From Chloroflexota bacterium (GTDB lineage Bacteria; Chloroflexota; Limnocylindria; QHBO01): 64,000 bases of DNA. Position numbers and translations under genes: made by a program. Shown piece after piece: positions 61,210 through 64,000 of this stretch. Each line of letters begins with the position of its first letter. The first letter of the stretch is position 1. The stretch spans positions 303,246 through 367,245 of the forward strand of contig JAILWI010000002.1 of the NCBI GenBank assembly GCA_025699005.1. Reading direction: 5' to 3'. The notes beneath the pieces are model-generated. The model saw nothing but the letters and a program-made list of their open reading frames with translations, did no database searches and was not told the origin of the DNA.

Positions 61210-62586
61210 ATGCGACCTCGCTCCGCCTCGCTTGCCGCGATCGCCACGCTCGCCGTGGTGCTGGCCGCGTGTGGCGGGTCGCCCGTCGCCTCGCCCGAAG
61301 TCACGGCGTCGGCTCGTCCCGCGTCCCCGCCGGCATCGGCCGCTGCCAGCCCCGTGGCCAGTGGCGACGTGGAGCCCGCTCCGGGGTCGTCGAGCCGTGT
61401 CTATGCAGCGAATCCGGGTGCGATCGTGGTGGCCATCGACGCCGGCCATGGCGGCTGCCTCGACTGGGGAGTGCCCGATCCCTCGGAGCGCGGTGTCGAG
61501 CTGGCTGAGAAGACCCTGACCCTGGCGATCGCATCGCGACTGGCCGAGAAGCTCGAGGCCGAGGGTATCGGCGTCGTCATGCTGCGCGACGAGGACGAGG
61601 CGCTGGCGGGCGATGATTACGAGCCCCTCGGCTGCAGCGGGGCACCGTGGCGCGACGTGAACGGCGACGGAATCAGCGGATTCGGTCCCGACGTGCCGGA
61701 GGCCACGCGGACGCGGGACGAGCTCCAGGCGCGCCTCGACCTGGCGAACGTCTCCGGCGCCGATGCGCTCGTGAGCATCCACATCAACTCACCGAGCGAG
61801 GGTGGCCGGCGGATCGAGATCGCATTCAGCGAGACGTTCTACACCGATGAGACGCCCTGGGGTCCATCGGCGACCGCCGACCTGGCCCTGGCCGTTCAGC
61901 AGGGCGTCGTGGATCGCCTCGCGCCCCTCGCGTCGTACGAGCGCGGTGACCGCGGCATCACCGCCCACAACCTCTACCTCGTCGCGCCGCCGCTGTTCGA
62001 GCCGACCGAAGACCGACCCGATCCGGTCAAGCAGCCGACGCGCGGCGCCCTGATGCCCGTCGTGCTAGTGGAGGTCGGATCGATCACGCTGAGAGCGGAG
62101 CACGACCTCCTCGCCTCCGGTGCCGGCCAGGATGCGGTGGCCGATGGCCTGCTCGACGGGCTGGCCGCCTATCTCGGCGAGCGTGAGCTCGCCGCCCGCA
62201 TCGGCCTCGCCGGCGAGGTGATCCCGACCATTCCCCCGACCCAGCCGGGCCGCGGGCCGATGTTCTGGGCGCCGGCCGCGCCGGATGGCCCGGTCGAGCT
62301 GCGATTGACGAACACGGGAGCGGGTCCATGGCCGAGCGGTCTCGTGCTCGTCGCGGGCTGGGAAGTCACGGACGAGCCGTACCTGCGTCGTGCCCCGGAC
62401 GTCCTCGCGCCGCTCGACGTCGCCGTGCCTGCGTTGGAGCCCGGCGAGGCGGTGGCAGTCGAGGTCGATCTGGGCTCGCCGCCGCCGTCGGGGCGCTCCG
62501 TGGCATGGATCTCGCTAAGCAACGGCAGTACGACGACCGCCGATCTCGGGTCTCCCGCGCTCCAGCTCTCCAGCGAAGCGCCCTGA
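61210..62586 (+). CDS. N-acetylmuramoyl-L-alanine amidase (Amidase_3 family) lipoprotein
   Basis: Lipobox LAACGG. Amidase_3 blocks VVAIDAGHGG, ALVSIHINS, VLVEVGSITL. C-terminal extension of about 150 aa. Confidence 0.75.
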   Translation: MRPRSASLAAIATLAVVLAACGGSPVASPEVTASARPASPPASAAASPVASGDVEPAPGSSSRVYAANPGAIVVAIDAGHGGCLDWGVPDPSERGVELAEKTLTLAIASRLAEKLEAEGIGVVMLRDEDEALAGDDYEPLGCSGAPWRDVNGDGISGFGPDVPEATRTRDELQARLDLANVSGADALVSIHINSPSEGGRRIEIAFSETFYTDETPWGPSATADLALAVQQGVVDRLAPLASYERGDRGITAHNLYLVAPPLFEPTEDRPDPVKQPTRGALMPVVLVEVGSITLRAEHDLLASGAGQDAVADGLLDGLAAYLGERELAARIGLAGEVIPTIPPTQPGRGPMFWAPAAPDGPVELRLTNTGAGPWPSGLVLVAGWEVTDEPYLRRAPDVLAPLDVAVPALEPGEAVAVEVDLGSPPPSGRSVAWISLSNGSTTTADLGSPALQLSSEAP

Positions 62587-62797
62587 ACCGCTTCGGAGCA
62601 CACCGCTCCGATCAGCCCGAAGGTCCGCCTCCGCGTACCCGGATGTTTCCGTTTGACCCCCCGCGTCGGCCGCTGGTACGATGTCGCCCGCATGGAACCG
62701 GCCCTTCGGCGACGGGGGAGCATTCGGTCTGTCGGACGGTTGCGGCGGTCCGTGCACAGCGTTGACGTGATCATCCGGAAGCGGAGCTGACTTTCTA
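62587..62797 (+). promoter_or_regulatory. about 210-nt structured 5' leader upstream of the M23 peptidase gene; candidate riboswitch (c-di-AMP/ydaO-type suspected)
   Basis: Long non-coding gap in otherwise tightly packed DNA. Contains CCCGAAGG, GACGGGGGAGC and GGAACC elements and several complementary GC stems. The assignment to ydaO-type is by analogy, not a confirmed match. Confidence 0.25.
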
Positions 62798-63583
62798 TTG
62801 CCTGATTTGCGACGGCTGACCCGCCGCGTTGCCGAAAGCCATCTGCCGACGAGGGTGATCGCCCACCTCTCCGTGGTGAGCCTCGTGGTCCTTGCGACCG
62901 CCGCAGGCGTTGCCCAGTCGCAGGGCACCGGGTCCCTCGACTCGGCTCGGACCGAGACCGGCTTCCCGACGATCGTCTCCACGGTCCGCGGTTTCGCCGA
63001 CGCTCCCCAGACTCAGGAACCCTCGGCCTTCGGCGTCGCCGTTCATCCCGCCGACCAGCTCACCGCCGTCAACCGCGCCGCTCCGGCCCACGTGCCGTCC
63101 GAGCCCCTTCCGACCCCGGTCGCCATCGATCCCAACGCGACGCCGCTCGCCGCCCCGAACAGCGTCGGTGACGTTGCGGGCGCCAGCGGGCCGACCTCTC
63201 GGGGCGCCGCTCCCGCACCGGCAACCGGGCGGCTCGTATGGCCGGTTCCGGTCGGGTCGATCAGCCAGTACTACCACGCGGGCCATCTCGCGCTCGACAT
63301 CGCCGCCCCCTACGGCTCCCAGGTCGTCGCATCGCAGAGCGGCATCGTGACCTCCGCCGGCTGGCGCAACAACGGCGGCGGCTACGTCATCAGCATCGAC
63401 CACGGGAACGGCCTCCAGACGGTCTACAACCACCTCGGCTCGATCTGGGTCAGCCCGGGCCAGGCGGTCGCGGCCGGCCAGGGCATCGGCGGTGTGGGAT
63501 GCACGGGCTTGTGCACCGGTCCGCACGTTCACTTCGAGGTGATCGTGAACGGCGTGATCGACAACCCCCAGCGGTACTTCTAG
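62798..63583 (+). CDS. M23 family metallopeptidase (LytM/lysostaphin-like peptidoglycan endopeptidase)
   Basis: HxxxD motif (GHLALDIAAP) and HxH motif (GPHVHFEV). Signal-anchor. Apparent TTG start at 62798. Confidence 0.75.
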   Translation: MPDLRRLTRRVAESHLPTRVIAHLSVVSLVVLATAAGVAQSQGTGSLDSARTETGFPTIVSTVRGFADAPQTQEPSAFGVAVHPADQLTAVNRAAPAHVPSEPLPTPVAIDPNATPLAAPNSVGDVAGASGPTSRGAAPAPATGRLVWPVPVGSISQYYHAGHLALDIAAPYGSQVVASQSGIVTSAGWRNNGGGYVISIDHGNGLQTVYNHLGSIWVSPGQAVAAGQGIGGVGCTGLCTGPHVHFEVIVNGVIDNPQRYF

Positions 63584-63607
63584 TCACCTCGCCCCGATCC
63601 AGACGCA

Positions 63608-63630
63608 GCGCCGGCGTACGACGCCGGCGT
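63608..63630 (+). terminator. GC-rich hairpin downstream of the M23 peptidase gene
   Basis: GCGCCGGCGT-ACG-ACGCCGGCGT gives a 9-10-bp stem with a 3-nt loop, 25 nt after the stop. There is no U-tract, which is common in high-GC actinobacteria. Confidence 0.4.
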
Positions 63631-63646
63631 CGCCATCTGTCCTGCC

Positions 63647-64000
63647 GTGTTCTCTGATCGAGCGCGCATCCTCGTGGCGGGTGGGACCGGCGGCGATGGC
63701 GCATCCACGTTCCGTCGCGAGGCGCACGTCCCGCGTGGGGGACCCGATGGTGGTGACGGCGGCCGTGGCGGCAGCGTGATCCTCGTTGTCGAGGCCGGCA
63801 TGACGACGCTCGGCGACTTCAAACGATCCAGGCACTTCCGCGCCGCGCATGGCGGTCGTGGGATGGGACGCCGCGCGCACGGCAAGAACGCGCCGGACGT
63901 GACGATCCGCGTGCCCCCCGGGACCCTCGTCCGTTCGCATCCCGATGGCGAGTTCCTCGGCGAGCTGCTCGAGGCCGATGCACGCCTGGTCGTGGCCCAC
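63647..64000 (+). CDS. obg: GTPase Obg, N-terminal part (continues beyond the window)
   Basis: GTG start. Translation FSDRARILVAGGTGGDGASTFRREAHVPRGGPDGGDGGRGGSVIL is the Obg glycine-rich N-terminal fold. Confidence 0.85.
   Translation, partial: MFSDRARILVAGGTGGDGASTFRREAHVPRGGPDGGDGGRGGSVILVVEAGMTTLGDFKRSRHFRAAHGGRGMGRRAHGKNAPDVTIRVPPGTLVRSHPDGEFLGELLEADARLVVAH

Overview
High-GC (~70%) chromosomal segment, most likely from an Actinomycetota-type genome: opcA sits next to zwf, many adjacent genes overlap by 4 nt, and Rho carries an Arg/Gln-rich extension. The window is mainly coding (about 60 CDS). I found no tRNA or rRNA genes, no CRISPR array, and no transposase or integrase.

Gene content in order:
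- 1-5.2 kb: oxidative pentose phosphate operon (gnd' - zwf - opcA - pgl) with two coupled membrane proteins.
- 5.2-7.9 kb: a PAP2/vanadium-haloperoxidase-like gene divergent from proline dehydrogenase, then two small hypotheticals.
- 7.9-15 kb: a cell-envelope glycan locus with three GT2 glycosyltransferases, a Wzx-like flippase, an HTH-membrane protein and a secreted beta-helix protein.
- 15-26.3 kb: the most unusual part. A large secreted propeller/Ig/lectin protein is followed by a tightly overlapping 8-gene operon. It encodes a GT-C-like membrane protein, two small membrane proteins, a CPBP intramembrane protease, a calcineurin-like phosphoesterase fused to the same propeller-like domain, two tandem HprK/P-like P-loop kinases, and a second phosphoesterase lipoprotein. 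I read this as a candidate surface-glycopolymer phosphorylation and remodelling system. The flanking cell-surface-polysaccharide context is clear from the sequence, but I cannot assign the whole system to any characterised pathway from sequence alone.
- 26.6-37.7 kb: a metal-efflux island with two tandem CzcA/CusA-type RND pumps and no adaptor or outer-membrane partner. It also carries lipoproteins, an ABC ATPase, an ABC-2 permease fused to a type-1 copper (cupredoxin) domain, and a GerE-like HTH ORF with no canonical start codon.
- 37.8-64 kb: housekeeping genes. These are cysS, a cNMP-binding protein divergent from a NudC-like NUDIX, fabD-KAS-KAS without acpP, an M20 peptidase, a Rieske protein, a MoaD-MoaE fusion, an SGNH hydrolase, agmatinase, psuK-psuG, a UbiA prenyltransferase, pyrG, rho, an Amidase_3, an M23 peptidase with a structured leader, and the obg 5' end.
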